Numbered from the whole stretch's first letter, positions 35,507 to 49,146 are shown. The stretch is 63,112 nucleotides of DNA, filler included, from Rozella allomycis CSF55 (GCA_000442015.1; 9 parts of 9 records of this genome joined end to end with filler, not necessarily neighbours in it); one strand, 5' to 3'. Program-made: numbers and translations. Notes: a model not told the origin generated them from the letters alone.

Positions 35507-37245
35507 ATGTGTGGAATATTAGCTACTTTCAACTACCGCAGCGATCAATCACAACATGCATTCAGAAACTTGATGCTTTCAAAGTCAAAATCAATAAGGC
35601 ATAGAGGGCCTGACGCAAGTGGGATTTACATGGAGGCTAATGATAAAACTTTCAGTGCTATTTGCCACGAGAGACTTGCCATAGTTGGTAAAATTTCTTC
35701 AGAGTCTTAATGTAAGGTGACTTACGTGACACACAACCTTTTAAAGAGAACGGGGTTGTATTAGCTGTTAATGGAGAAATATATAACCACAAGGAGATAA
35801 GAAGTTCATTAGGGGCTGATCCAGAAATATATTCATCTGACTGTGATGTTTTGATTCCCGTGTATGAGAAATACAAGAAGGGCAAGAAAATAAGTGATTT
35901 ATTGAATGGGATTTTTGCATTCGTGTTGTATGATTCCAAAGATAACAAGGTTATTGTTGCTAGAGATCCATTTGGAGTGATTCCTTTATACCAAGGATGG
36001 AATAGCAATAATGGAAGTGTTTGGTTTGCGAGTGAATTAAAAGCTTTGGAGTCTGAATGTGATTATATTAGATTATTTCCTCCTGGGAAAGTTCTTGAAG
36101 TAAGTTTGAGCGACGATGATGCATTAATTGGCATGAAAATGATTCAAGGAGAATTCGACCAAGAATATTATTTGCCTGAATGGAAAGCGGCAGACTTCTG
36201 TCAAACTGTTCAAGAAGATGAATTGTATATAATTGGTTTAAGAGAAAGATTGATGAAAAGCGTTAAAGATCAATTAATGTCAGATGCGCCTTTTGGGGTT
36301 CTTCTATCTGGTGGGTTGGATTCATCACTGATAGCTTCAATAGCCAGTAGATTTGTTCCAAAAGGAACTCTTCATTCATTTTCTATTGGACTTCCTGGAT
36401 CTCCAGATCTTGAAGCTGCAAGGAAGGTAGCCGAGTATTTGGGAACAATCCACACAGAATTCCATTTTACTCTGCAACAAGGTTTTGATGCTATTCGTGA
36501 CGTAATTTATCATATAGAAAGTTATGACGTTACAACTGTTCGTGCTAGTACTCCAATGTATCTATTGTCAAGAATGGTTAAATCACTTGGAATTAAAATG
36601 GTTCTGAGTGGAGAAGGTGCTGATGAACTCTTTGGGGGCTATTTATACTTTCACGATGCTCCAGATGACTTATCGTTTTTAAAAGAATGCAAGAGCAGAG
36701 TTTTGAACCTTCACACGTCGGATTGTCTTCGGGCGAACAAATCTACAATGGCCAATGGATTAGAAGCAAGAGTACCTTTCCTCGATAAGGATTTTGTTGA
36801 TTTCGTCTTTGATTCACTTCCATCGATATCGAAAATGCCTTCATACAAGGGTATAGAAAAGTGGATTTTGCGAAAGGCGTTTGATGATCAAGAGTACCCA
36901 TTTTTGCCATCTGAAATCCTATGGAGACAAAAAGAACAGTTTTCTGATGGTGTAGGATATGGATGGATTGATTTTCTACGCGATCAAACGTCCATGCTGG
37001 TCACTGATGATGAATTGCAGTGCGCCAAATATCGCTACAAAGTGGATCCACCATCTACTAAAGAAGGAGTCTACTATAGAAAAATATTCGAGGAGCTTTT
37101 TACCAATCCTGCTTCAATCCGGACAGTGAAAAGATGGATACCAAGAATGGACTGGGGTTGCTCCGAGGACCCTTCTGGAAGAGCTCAATCATCACATAAC
37201 AGTTCATATATCGAAAAGAAAACAAAGATTGATCTCATTAAATAA
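35507..37245 (+). CDS. ASNS: Asparagine synthetase (glutamine-hydrolysing), one intron
   Basis: MCGI, IRHRGPD, HERLAIV, VNGEIYNH, ARDPFGVIPLY, GVLLSGGLDSS, YDVTTVRASTPMYL, SGEGADELFGGYLYF, EARVPFLD, WRQKEQFSDGVG, DPSGRA. Confidence 0.97.
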
Positions 37246-37384
37246 ATTAATCTAATTGCCAATGAAATTAATTTTTCTGAATTAGTGCCACCCTAGGCTG
37301 ATTCCCAAAGAATTAAGGTCAGAGTGTTTATGAAATGCGTAAACGCAATTTATAAATAAATCTAAATTTGAAACGGACTAAAAT

Positions 37385-39488
37385 TTATTTCCACGGTTTG
37401 GGATTTGGCACAGGATACTTCCAAACATTTCTTTTGCGTATTTCGTTATTGGAAACATTTGACTTGTAAAATTTTGATAGGGAATGACCAATAATACCCA
37501 AACCTTTCATAAACTTAACTTGATTGTAAATTGGTTTTCCCTTGACCAAAATATCATCAATATCTTCTCTTATATATGATTTCTTTAAATTCTTATCATT
37601 GTTCAAAAATTGATGCCTTTGAGCCAAAATTCTCTTGGCCTTAAATTTCTGTTTCCTGTTCCCTTGTCCATGCTCTATTTGAATTAATTCTTCCTCCATT
37701 GTTTGCTCATTATTGATTTCAGACTCAAAAATATCACCAGACTGCTCCACAATCGGCTCATCATACAATTTCCTAAAGCAGGCTACGAATATTCCGTTTC
37801 CGTAATCCGATGGCGCCAATTTAAAGCATTCCTCTATTCTTAAATTTCTTCAATTATTACTAAACTCGAATGGTTTCACTTCATCATTTAAAAATTGAGG
37901 CATCACATAGTCAAGTTCAACATGATTTCTATCCAGAATTTCACAAACCACTTGTTCGTTTTCTTCAAAATGTACAGAATGAGTAACATATATTATAGTT
38001 TGGACATTGGGGACTAGTCTTAATAACATGCGATTTTTACATTTGAGTGCATGCTCAACAGTTTCTATCTGTTTATTCTTTAATCTTTCCAAGTCTTTGG
38101 AGTCAACTTCGCCTTCTGGTAGCTCTTCTTCTTGTATCACATAACTAAATTTATCTATAATGGAAGATCCTGATGAAGGTGGTTCACATATTATGGTTGA
38201 AACGTTTTCAAAATGTGGATCATTAGGATCAAGGAGACTAAAATTTGTGGGCAATATTTCAACATCTAATTTGCAAATGTGGAAAATACTTCCTTTTTAT
38301 GTTGTATAATTGTAATCTTCTTTTCAATGTTGCCAATCTTCCTGGTTTCTCTTCAACCGCAAAAATTTTCCCTTTGTTATGAATCATTGCTGCCAGAGTA
38401 GATGCCCGTGTTCCTGTATAAAAACTAACAAGAATCACTACCATTGCCGGCTCTTGCATCAATAATTACAGGAAATTCATCATCTTTTACTGAAATTGAA
38501 GCTTCTAAAGGACCAACTATGCTTGGTTTTTCCTTTAAATATCCATGGAATTTATCCTACTTGTATTGCTAGCCATCCTCTATGAATCAATTCAGATTCA
38601 CCAATTTCATTAAATAAAGCTGGTGGAATAACCAACAAATCATCAAAATCCTTATCGAAAGTAATGCAGTTATTGTCATTCTTTTTGTCAAGGCTACTTT
38701 AGAAATGAATTTGAATTTACTCGACTTTTCTGTCAACAACATTATACCCAAGCTTGGAAAGTTTCTTTAAAACCTGCTCTTTGGTCACTTTACATGTATT
38801 AATCCTAAAATATTTGCTCAAATGATCTATATTTTCAAACCTATTCTATCACCTCCAATTTGAGTTTCCTGGCGATCTTCTTTTGGAAGAATATTCCTCA
38901 ATACTTCTTCCGGGGAACTTCCGATTGCTTGCTTTTCTATCCTCAGTCTGGCGTAGCATGCAGCTAACCTAACTTTGTACGCGTAAATCGCTTCTGCAAA
39001 TTCTCTGACTTGGGGATATTCTGAATCATGTTGGTAAACAATTCCTCCAGAGTTGTAATTAAACTGATTTTTCAAAACTTGATATAAAAGGACTTTTAGC
39101 AACGAAAGGTTTTGCAATAATTCAGGATAATTTACCAAAAATTGCGTCTTTAATATAATTAAATCAATATACTTTAGATCTTTTATCTTGTTATTCAATT
39201 ATCGTTACATTTAAAAGTTTCGAATGCTAACATACTAACTTTATGTCTATTCTCATTTGTCACATTTTTGACAGGATTAGTTCGTTTGCTTATTGTTCCT
39301 ACAAAGGTATCAAGCAGCTCTGCCGCCATCACATAATCAAGATCAGAGTATGGAACAGCCTTAATTTCTTTTTCAAAAATTGAAGGCTCAGAAAAGGCCA
39401 GCTTGGAGCGAAGATAGTTGGTGGATATATCATCCATTGAATTTATAGAATATACAATGTCTGTGGTAGAATGATGTAAACGTTCCAT
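37385..39488 (-). CDS. NSUN7: NSUN7-like RsmB/NOP2-family protein, multi-exon
   Basis: LAFETFK, YKVRLAACYARLRI, RINTCK, FDKDFDDLLV, IIDARAGNG, EPPSSGSS, VEHALK, YVTHSVHFEENEQVV, MAPSDYGNGIFVA. Confidence 0.72.
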
Positions 39489-39672
39489 ATGCCAAGGATA
39501 AAGTTATATTGTAAACAATTTGTCGTCAAGTTGCCATTATTTTTCCTGACATACACACATTCGCCTAGCTTTATTTTCACATGGTCAAGCCTTGGTATTT
39601 AACCACATTTGAAACGGCCTAATTTGACAATTTGGGAATTGGGAATTTCACCATTTGTAGAATCGAATTTCA

Positions 39673-40064
39673 ATGAATGAAGTATTAGGGAGGACAGGTC
39701 AAAAGTATACAAAATATATGAAAAATATGCATTTTGAGTTTTCTCCATTTGATCCGAATTCAAAAACTATAAGGTATGCTTCCTGCTTTCAATTAAAACA
39801 GGACACTTTTGCAAAAAGTAAAAACAAGAAAAATTGAACTTGATTGTCCCAAACTACAAGTGTCAGTGAAATGTAGCGCGGATGTTACCCAACCTTTGTT
39901 GAAGGTCACCACCAGTAATTCGTTGGTGGTAAATTTAAAAAGATGATGACCGGCTGTTCATGTTTAAAAAAACTTCTTTATATGATCAAGAACAACTAGA
40001 AAGAAGACTAATGCGTACTATCAAGCCATTAATTGAAAAGGATTGGTACAAACCTCCGCAGTAG
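39673..40064 (+). CDS. MRPL53: Mitochondrial ribosomal protein mL53-like, 3 exons (absent from the ORF track)
   Basis: Splices to TKYMKNMHFEFSPFDPNSKTIR|TLLQKV...PKLQVSV...QPLLKVTT|NDDRLF, resembling yeast Mrpl44/mL53. Confidence 0.65.
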
Positions 40065-40304
40065 AAATTTTCGCTTGCGAACAATAAAATGATTTATTGT
40101 AATTTTGTGCAATCCAATTAAATAATAGATGCTGATTGTAATTTTTATAGAGCCATGAACATCAAGTCGGATAGTGATATATATACCCCGCATCAATTTA
40201 TCTGATTTTCATGGTTTGATCAATCATAGATATCATTTGATGGAACCTTGATTAATTATTGTATAAAAACGTTAGTGGATTCAGGTGCCCAAATTGTGTT
40301 CACC

Positions 40305-40796
40305 ATGTCCGCACGCCTTTTTGTAGGTAAGTTTAATAAGATCTATAATCCAGGAAACTTGAGTTTCAGATTGGATAGCGAGAGCTTACGCGAAAAGTTT
40401 TCTGAAATCGGTGATGTTGTTGATGCCTTTGTTGTAACTGACAGAGATTCGGGTAGGTCTAGGGGCTTTGGTTTTGTTACTTTTTCTGATCCCGCGATGG
40501 CTTGTAATTAATTTATCCTTATGTAGAAAAGCGAGCGCACTGGATATTCTCAATGATTCAGATATTGATGGGAGAATGATAAGATTGGAATATGCTAGTG
40601 GTACGATTCATGTGTGAATGTTAAAGGACGGGACAACAATCAAAAGAGTGACAGGGGCTATTCAAAGTATCCTCAGAATTCCCGATCAAGATCGATGTCT
40701 AGAGGAAGACTAAGTTTTCACAATGACCGTGAATTTGGACGGGACAAGCCAATGTTCTCGCCAAAACCCAAAAGCAACTACGGAAGACGGTACTAG
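40305..40796 (+). CDS. Small RRM protein (glycine-rich/cold-inducible type) with Arg/Ser-rich tail
   Basis: RLFV|GNLSF (RNP2), VVTDRDSGRSRGFGFVTF (RNP1), IDGRMIRLEYA, tail SRSRSMSRGR. Confidence 0.88.
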
Positions 40797-40877
40797 TGAA
40801 GTAATAAACACTCATCTTTAGCTTTCAACAAAAGATTATAATCGTTTATACAGTTAAATAGCAACATTTATTTATGG

Positions 40878-42276
40878 TCATAGATTGTTTGGATGATTGT
40901 TCATAATGCCGAGTGGATAGGTTGAATATCCCGATGAATTAGCATTAAATGGTGCGTATTGTACGGGAAAAGATTGTGCGTAATGTAAATAGTTGTGATC
41001 AACGCGGTCTATTGTCTGCACTGTAGTGTTTGACCCCATGGGATTGCTAAGCAAATTTACTTGATTACCCAATGTTGATCTGAAGACGACAATTATTGAC
41101 TCGCCCACAGTTAAAAGCATTATAAAACCGACATTGTAAATTTTTGCAATCGCCACCTGCTTAAACAACAAAAAGATTTCATACACTTTTTGTTGACGAT
41201 AGAAACTTAAATAAAAGGCCGAGGGATTGAATATCTGATGGTTCCACAGAATTTGAATTTAGAATGCACACTTTCCCAGAAGCAAATAGCTTGCTCACCG
41301 CGGGAAGCGACAATGGAAGATATTCTGTGATTGTTAAACTATTAGGCCACATTTCCGTCATAAATTCTGAAATGTGTGGTGATTTGGGGTGAGGTTTCAG
41401 TGATACTTTTAGTAATGTGGGTTTCGCTGTTGCATTAACGTGGAATTGCAACGACCCTGACCAAAACTGTCTGTTAGATGTTTTTGGTGATTCCGTAATT
41501 GGCAATGAGCTCTGTAACGATATCGATGAGTCTATTTTGGGTCTTTTCGTGAAATCCATGCAATTTTGATCTTTTCGTTTTAATGGAATATTTTCATCAA
41601 GTGAAAGACCATTCATATAAACAAAATGATCATCGCGAATTAAAGACTCCATTGAGCTGATTTTAGAATTTAGAAAACTGGAATAAAATGATCCCAGATC
41701 TTTTCGCAAACAAATAAGACTCAATGGTATATTTTTCTATTCTGGCACATCATAGTTCTTACAGATTCAAATATTTTGGGGACATTTGATATATCAAAGT
41801 TCCCCAAATCATTTACGGAACAAAATCTAGGGGGTTTCTGTATTGGTGCCGAATTTGTTAACACGACACAATATTTTTGTGCAATCACATTTGCTTCTAG
41901 GGCCTTTGATTTAAAAATCACATCATTACTTCATAGGCAGACATAAGACCTTCAAGCAAAGCATTATTCTGAAGACTTCCACCAAGACATTGCAGTTTCC
42001 TTTCAATCGTGGACAACAAAATCGAGGTATCTGTAGTAGTTGCATATCGCTGAACAGCTGAAATATTCGATGAAGAGTAGTTTGAAAATAATACAAGTCG
42101 AAATGAGACTTCCTTTGATAATTGAAGAGACCTTTATTTACCGAATAAGACGCTTTTGCAAATCTACAAATTATGAAAGAATATATATACCTGCAAATAC
42201 CCGCAACGTATCCCTTAACGGTAGATACGTGCTCTTTCATAGCTAGAGTATTTTCAATCACAAAGCAAACTTCCAT
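40878..42276 (-). CDS. MED25: Mediator subunit 25-like (vWA + ACID/PTOV domain)
   Basis: vWA start VCFVIENT, LEGLMSAYE, KYCVVLTNSAP; ACID-like FWSGSLQF...WPNSLTI...LGLLFKFL. Confidence 0.62.
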
Positions 42277-42505
42277 CGGAGAGTGGCTGATGCACGTGGA
42301 AAAGTCGTTATTAAAAGATTACAAAGTTGATTACATCCATAAATAGATTTATTGTTCATTAATGGCACTGGGATTTACGTGTACAATAAATTTCAACGGA
42401 TGGCTNNNNNNNNNNNNNNNNNNNNNNNNNNNNNNNNNNNNNNNNNNNNTTAATTAATTAANNNNNNNNNNNNNNNNNNNNNNNNNNNNNNNNNNNNNNN
42501 NNNNN

Positions 42506-43266
42506 TCGAATGGTGGAAGAATAGTGGATTAAAGTTGGAATGGTCCAATATGGCTATGGATAGAGCTAGTTCAAATGGCCATGTTGAAGTGCTTGAGTGG
42601 TGGAAAGAAAGTGGATTAGAGCTTAAATGGAGTGGAGATGCTATGGATTATGCTAGTTCATATGGTCATATTAATGTTCTCGAATGGTGGAAGAATAGTG
42701 GATTAAAGTTGGAATGGTCTTATTCTGCAATGAATGACGCTAGTTATAATGGTCATATTAACGTTCTTGAGTGGTGGATAAAAAGCGGATTAGAGCTTAA
42801 ATGGACTGAAAATGCTATGGATGATGCTTGTTATAATGGGTATGTTGAAATTCTTGAGTGGTGGAAAGAAAGCGGATTAGAGCTTAAATGGACTGAAAAC
42901 GCTTTGGATAGAGCTAGTTCAAATGGCCATGTTAATGTTCTTGAGTGGTGGAAGAATAGCGGATTGGACTTAAAATGGACTGAAAACGCTTTGGATTATG
43001 CTAGTGAAAGAGGTCATGTTAATGTTCTTGAGTGGTGGAAGAATAGCGGATTGGACTTAAAATGGACTGAAAACGCTTTGGATGATGCTTGTTATAATGG
43101 GTATGTTGAANATGGGTATGTTGAAGTTCTTGAGTGGTGGAAGAATAGCGGATTGGACTTAAAATGGACTCATCAAGTTGTGGACGCGGTTAGTTATAAT
43201 GGGCATGTTGAAGTTCTTGAATGGTGGAGAAAAAGTGGGTTAATTCTAAATCATGTATTAGGTTAA
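42506..43266 (+). CDS. Ankyrin-like repeat protein (35-aa unit AMDxASxNGHVxVLEWWKxSGLELKW), 5' truncated
   Basis: About seven 105-nt tandem units in one frame ending at TAA 43264-43266. Confidence 0.85.
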
Positions 43267-43968
43267 AAGATATATCTTTTATCATATTTTTTAATTTAGA
43301 ATATTGTTATTTTATTATTATCAATTAAAATAAAAAATCTTTTTCCGTTTATTACCGAAAGTCCGAAACCGATTACATCTTTCTGGTATCTTCCCATTTG
43401 GTTAACACATCAATATAATTTTTTTGGATGAATTATATGCAATGAAGTCCGAAAGCTTATCCCTATACTGTGAAAGGTTTTCTCTAGCAGTGCATTGCTA
43501 GTTTTAATTCGCAAATAATAGAGTTCCACGCCGATGACCTTGATTCATTTAATTGTATGTTGAACATTTCATTTATGTAATCTATAAATAGTAGCTAGTA
43601 TGCTGCACTGACTACAGGAAATTCGAAAAATTTGTGAAAATTAGTGCATGGTACATTTAAAAAACACCTTGTTATTTTGATCAAAATTAGACCTTTGAAA
43701 ATCAGAATTTAAATGTCCACCATAATGTCGCTGTCTCTTGATCTCCTACTGTTTCTTCCAACTTTAATGATGTATTCTTCATCCACGGCGATTGCAGTAT
43801 AGGTGACAGGCACGGCTCTTTCTTTCATCCGCTTATTAGTTCCGGCTTTTCAAGTTTTCCTCACTCTCTTCTAACTGTTTTCTTGGGTCTAGTGATGACA
43901 AGTTCTTCTGGTTCTGGATTAAAATACATCATATTCATTTCTTTTNAGTTTTGCCGGTAGCAATAAAA

Positions 43969-44448
43969 CTATCTCATGAAATCTATTATTTTACTATTTC
44001 TACTAGATGTCGCTGTCTCTTGATCTCCTACTGTTTCTTCCAACTTTAATGATGTATTCTTCATCCACGGCGATTGCAGTATAGGTGACAGCCACGGCTC
44101 TTTCTTTCGTCCGCTTAGTAGTTCTGGAGTTTCAAGTCTTCCTCTCTCTCTTCTAACTGTTTTCTTGGGTGTAGTGACAAGTTCTTCTGGTTCTGGATTA
44201 AAATACATCATATTCATTTCTTTTCTCTCCCAAATATCATTCTTACCACTCACATTATTTCTGGTATTATTTTCCTTTTCTCCCTCATTACTAGCAGCAA
44301 AGGGATTAACGCCTGAATCAACTCTCTTGCGAACAAGTGACACCCTCAATGAATCTCGCGGCCGTAGATCAGCATTTATTATATCTGGTGATCCCTTTAA
44401 ACATCTTTCATGAAGTTGGCTTGAACGGCATGGACTAGATTCTTGCAT
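43969..44448 (-). CDS. Last exon(s) of an unknown low-complexity protein; gene may start near 44923
   Basis: 159-aa ORF; a diverged partial copy lies at 43725-43946 before the n at 43947. Confidence 0.45.
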   Translation of the reverse strand: MQESSPCRSSQLHERCLKGSPDIINADLRPRDSLRVSLVRKRVDSGVNPFAASNEGEKENNTRNNVSGKNDIWERKEMNMMYFNPEPEELVTTPKKTVRRERGRLETPELLSGRKKEPWLSPILQSPWMKNTSLKLEETVGDQETATSSRNSKIIDFMR

Positions 44449-45022
44449 TTCTCTTTTCGGTTTTGGCGCCTAAAATTGGTAATAATACTCAAATTATTGC
44501 TTTATTCATATAATATACATATCCTTCATTCTAAAACAATAAAGAACTTGTTAATATTTTTCCGTATATTTTCTTACAAAATTTTTAAACTGGACTGTGG
44601 TTTCACCCGTTTCCCGTAAAAATCCTGGTGATATTTTCTGGTAATTTCCAAAANTGGTTTAGTTCTCTGCGACTTGAAATTATCGTTAATATATTCAATT
44701 TTCATTTTTTATCATAATCACAGCTATTGTCTGCAGGTTAAAGTACTATCTAAAAGGGCCTAAATTGTTTAACATAAGAAGTTTTATTAAAGTATTTGCT
44801 ACATTTAAAAATTAAACTATTACGGCATAAAAGATCTAAATCTTTGAAGTTTGATATTTGTTCAGTCTCCCTGGGGCCTGGGTGTCTGGCAATGGGACGC
44901 TTTAGCCTTTTTAAGGGTTTCATTCCAGCAATAGCAGCTAGTACTCTTAAATCAGCTTTAGTAGCATTTCCGTGACTCCGTCGTCCAAAGCAAAGGTTTA
45001 ACCGCGGGGATTATGAAATTCA

Positions 45023-45227
45023 ATGACTGAAATTTGTAAATTTCTAAATGACATAAGTGGATGATATTCAGTTCCAAGACGCTCAAAATACAGATAAGCC
45101 TTCCAATCATTCATCTAAAATCACTGTATTTCCAATAGCTCGAATGAAAAGATTTATCAAAGCGGTTTCTGATCAGTCGGTGGTTAGCCAAGATGCCGTT
45201 CTTGCAATCAATGTTGTCTCAGAATTA
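45023..45227 (+). pseudogene. Histone-fold protein (NF-YC/Dpb3/CHRAC-like) interrupted by a TIR element
   Basis: MTEIL|DD...FPIARMKRFIKAVSDQSVVSQDAVLAINVVSEL, then TCGGACGGGGAGTTTACGACC begins at 45228. Confidence 0.65.
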
Positions 45228-47619
45228 TCGGACGGGGAGTTTACGACCCGGACTTCAGAAACGATTATTGGNTGTCGATGTCCATTAACGAATTACTCTC
45301 TCAGAACTTTATACCAGGAATCCGACTGTTGTGTTTCATGTAGCATTGCTGAAATTGTGTACCTAACAGGGAACCTTCCGNNNNNNNNNNNNNNNNNNNN
45401 NNNNNNNNNNNNNNNNNNNNNNNNTTAATTAATTAANNNNNNNNNNNNNNNNNNNNNNNNNNNNNNNNNNNNNNNNNNNNATAGTTGAAGTTGGCTCTTA
45501 GACCATTCTGGAAAGGGAGTACTCAATAAAGTTAATTTGTTTATCGACGTTCATTATCTCATCTGTCACTTGGCTTATCTCTTTCTGCAAATTTACGACG
45601 TTTGCTAAAGTAGTGCATTGTGTTCTTCCTTTTTTGCGACTTTAATAACTCATAAATAGTAAGTGACTTTTAAATGGTTTGTGGGCCAAAACATTATTTA
45701 TCATTGTTTTGTAATATTTTAACACGAATGGGTTAAAAAAAATAAAGAAAAGAGAAAGCGTTCATGCTCCGCTTTTGTGGTGGAGATGATTTTGGTCCGC
45801 TAGAAAGCGGACACAAATATCTTAAAATATTTTAGAAATTTATTTAATGACCCCTGTCTTACACGGGTTAAAGCAGAGACGGAGCAACTTGAAACAGGCC
45901 CTGGGTGTTGCAAATGGGTTGTTGACGGTTTGGGATAAAAGTACAATTGGAAGATATCCTGTTGGGCTAAACGAAGTGCATCATGGCAGCCCAGACGCTT
46001 TTACAAAAATTGAATAACAAAGTATTTTATGATGTATTGTAGTTTTTATTTTGTTCTTTGAATGTGCTGATTTTTGAAAGCCATGTTTTCGCCATAAAGC
46101 CGTAATCAGTGTCCAAGACCGGAATCCATAGTCTTTCATGTTTTCTGCTAAAAGTAATATCTCTCGTATTGTTTTGCCTTTAGAATCAGCAAAGTTACTT
46201 TAATACCCAAGTTCACTATGGGAATATTCATTTAGCTTTTCATATGTCGGCCGTCATTTCTGAATAAAATTGAAATGTTGTGAATGCTTTCTTTAGACAT
46301 GTCGGCGTTTGCGGCAATATTTTTTTTTGACATCACTCATTCAGGTGTGGGACTGTCGAAACAGGTAAACTTATTCTTGGTGTTATATTAGTTTGCCGCA
46401 TGAAACTCGAAGTAGATATTGCTTCCGAAATACGATTTGGCTGACCAATTACATACTCAGGAAAAAGACCTTCCATTGAAAAGTCAACGTAGTTGGCATT
46501 TGGAAATCTCTCAACCTTTATAGTATATATAATATACTCTTACTGTTCGCTTTAACCATTCGTGATTTACTGGTGGTGTATTTGGTAAATTTCGGCTTTC
46601 AAATGGTTCACTCTTGTTTAACAATTCATAAAATTCGATTATTTCTTTCTTTTTGCATTTGTTTATTTAATTGGTTTTTGTTAGCTTGAATGTCGTTGGT
46701 TTGTTTGTTCATGCATTCAAGAAGTCGTTTGGCACGTTCTAAGCCTTCAGTTTTGTCTCAAATTTCCATTATTTTTGCCGCTATTCCTGAATACGTCACC
46801 CACTGTATATTAATTTTTGATAAACGTTCTCCGGTTACTATGAGTCCAACACCCTAAATGTTAAACCGCTGTTGGACGTATTTAAGCCACTGGCTAAGCG
46901 AAATTTGTGTCCAACACCCAAAAGTAATTGTTCAAAATTATCCCTTTGACAGCTTCGCCACTGTCGCTCATTTCGGTATCAAAAAATTTTCATGTATTGT
47001 ATGTTTGACGTCGAAACAAGTTATTTTGCTTCAAACAAATTATGCCAAAGAATAGAGTTTGACCATATTCGTTGCCACTTTTGATATCCTGACCCGCTAC
47101 CCAACCAACATCAGAATATATTTAACGATTCTGATAAAGATGCTGTCGACCGAAAACGATAACCAGTTTTTACATCCACAAAATCGTTGATATGATTATA
47201 AATGTCAAATGGTAAGACTTCAGGGGTTTCAGTAGTGATATCCGTGGCGATGGTGGGCCAAGCTAAAAGGAATAGTAAGAAGATACAATTCATTCCACAC
47301 ACACACAACTATGAGCCAGGGTCTGATTGTTGAGCCTCATTAGGCAAAATGTTTTAATAAAAAGGTTGATTTTCCAAATGCTTTAAACCTATGGGCAATG
47401 AGTATGGTAAACCGTGAAATGTGAAATCTTTAGATGGTTAACAAATTTTAGATCTAGCAATAACAAAATAGGGCATACCATTCGTCAAAATCACCATTTT
47501 ATAAAATATATAGGACAACATTGAGAATATTTTCATACTTTAAACCTAAATATGGAAATTCATAATTTAATGTTTTGAAGAAAATGGGCCCTGGCTCTAA
47601 AAGGATCATACTATGAAAG

Positions 47620-47945
47620 TATTTCATCATCAAACAAACACATTCACTCTTTGCGGGAAGAGAAGCTGCATTTAATAATCGAGGGTACATTGACGGAGCT
47701 ATGGAAAGTGGGAAACGAGTAGCTAAAGAAATTAACGCGTCTCTGCAACATTCAGGAAAGCCATTCATGGAACTTCCACAGCCTATCATCAGTGACACTC
47801 TTGGTAATTTCAAGGCCGAAAAGCGAAAAACAGAAAAGCAAAGAATATAAAAACAAGTTAAACAAATGTAAATCTGGAAAATTTTGGTTGGGGGTTGCTG
47901 CCATCGGGGCAGCGGTTTTGAAATCTATAATAATAGACTTGTAAT
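47620..47945 (+). pseudogene. Flavin amine oxidase (MAO-like) C-terminal relic
   Basis: LFAGREAAFNNRGYIDGAMESGKRVAKEI; downstream hydrophobic FWLGVAAIGAAVL in a shifted frame; no upstream exons recognised. Confidence 0.65.
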
Positions 47946-49146
47946 TCTTATTATCGCAGATCAAAATAATCGCTATATCGTTTATATCGATGAGTTACCG
48001 TAGATAGCAAACAGTTATTGATACAATCGATACGTTATCTCGTCGATATCGTTGATCGATAAAATTTTGATAAAATTGCGATACCAGTGCGGTAAACTGT
48101 GCTTGTAGAGAAGATAAATCATATTACAGTGATAATTCCCGATCGTAATAAACTAAATAAATTAAATATAGTTTCTTACCTTTATTTACAACTGCTTTGT
48201 ACTTTCTTTATTAGTACTTGAGGGACAATTTCTTCAGTCTCTTTACGCTTGAGGGTTCGGGTTCTTGTGCTTGCGTTGATGTTCTCGTCACCAAGGGAAC
48301 CTTTTTCTTTTCTTCCTTGGATTTGTCTTTTGCCAACTCCTCCCTTTCGTCTTGAGACATATGTATTATTAATTTTGCGTCTGTGGAGTTAATTTCACTT
48401 CCTTCCTGCTGACTCAGATTCTTCAGTTTCAAATTTTTCCTTCATCATCATCTTCATGTTTGTCGATTCTGGTATTCATGGGGGAATGGTTAATGCTTTT
48501 TTTATGGATAACGGGACCGTGTTAGATTTGATAAATTTCAAAATATTTTCAAATTCATTCAACGAAGCAATAATGCGTCTTTGGGTCCTGGCTACCATAT
48601 CACGCTTCTTAACTAAATAACTGAGAAATTTTTTGATCGCTGCCGCCTGTAACTCCAGCAGCTTCAATTTCGTTTTCCAAGCCATTTTCTCCAAACACTT
48701 CCAACCTTTTCCTATCTTCTTCTGTACTATCATATTCACTATCAGGATATTCGTTAAGAGTTTGTCTCCTTTTTTTAAAAAAGTTGCGCGATCAAACCCC
48801 GTAATTCCTAACTGTAGTCCAATAAATGTCTTACCTTGTTTTCATAAATGTTCTGCATCTTTTACATATTTTATTTCTTGTTTCTGGACCGTCATATTTT
48901 CTTATCGCGTGTGCTGCAGCACGGTTTTGTAGCGTTTCAAGATCGACTACTTCTGTCATCGGAAATTATGACAGGGGTCAACAATGTGGAATTTGTTAAG
49001 GTATCCTGAAGCGCAAACTGGATTCTGCATATCAAAATGAGAGCAAATATTAATTAAAGATTGTGGTCGGAGAACCACAATAAAAACGAGAAAAATGCTT
49101 GCGAAAACCCTCACCTTCATAAAAAAAAATCCTACATTAAAAAGTT

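Noticed and set aside
39529..39542. GTTGCCAT half X-box upstream of NSUN7
   Set aside because: The second half-site is missing, so it cannot be told from chance.
44860..45010. GC-richer stretch considered as RNase MRP/P or another ncRNA
   Set aside because: No convincing conserved boxes; better explained as a first coding exon on the minus strand (MKPLKRLKRP...).
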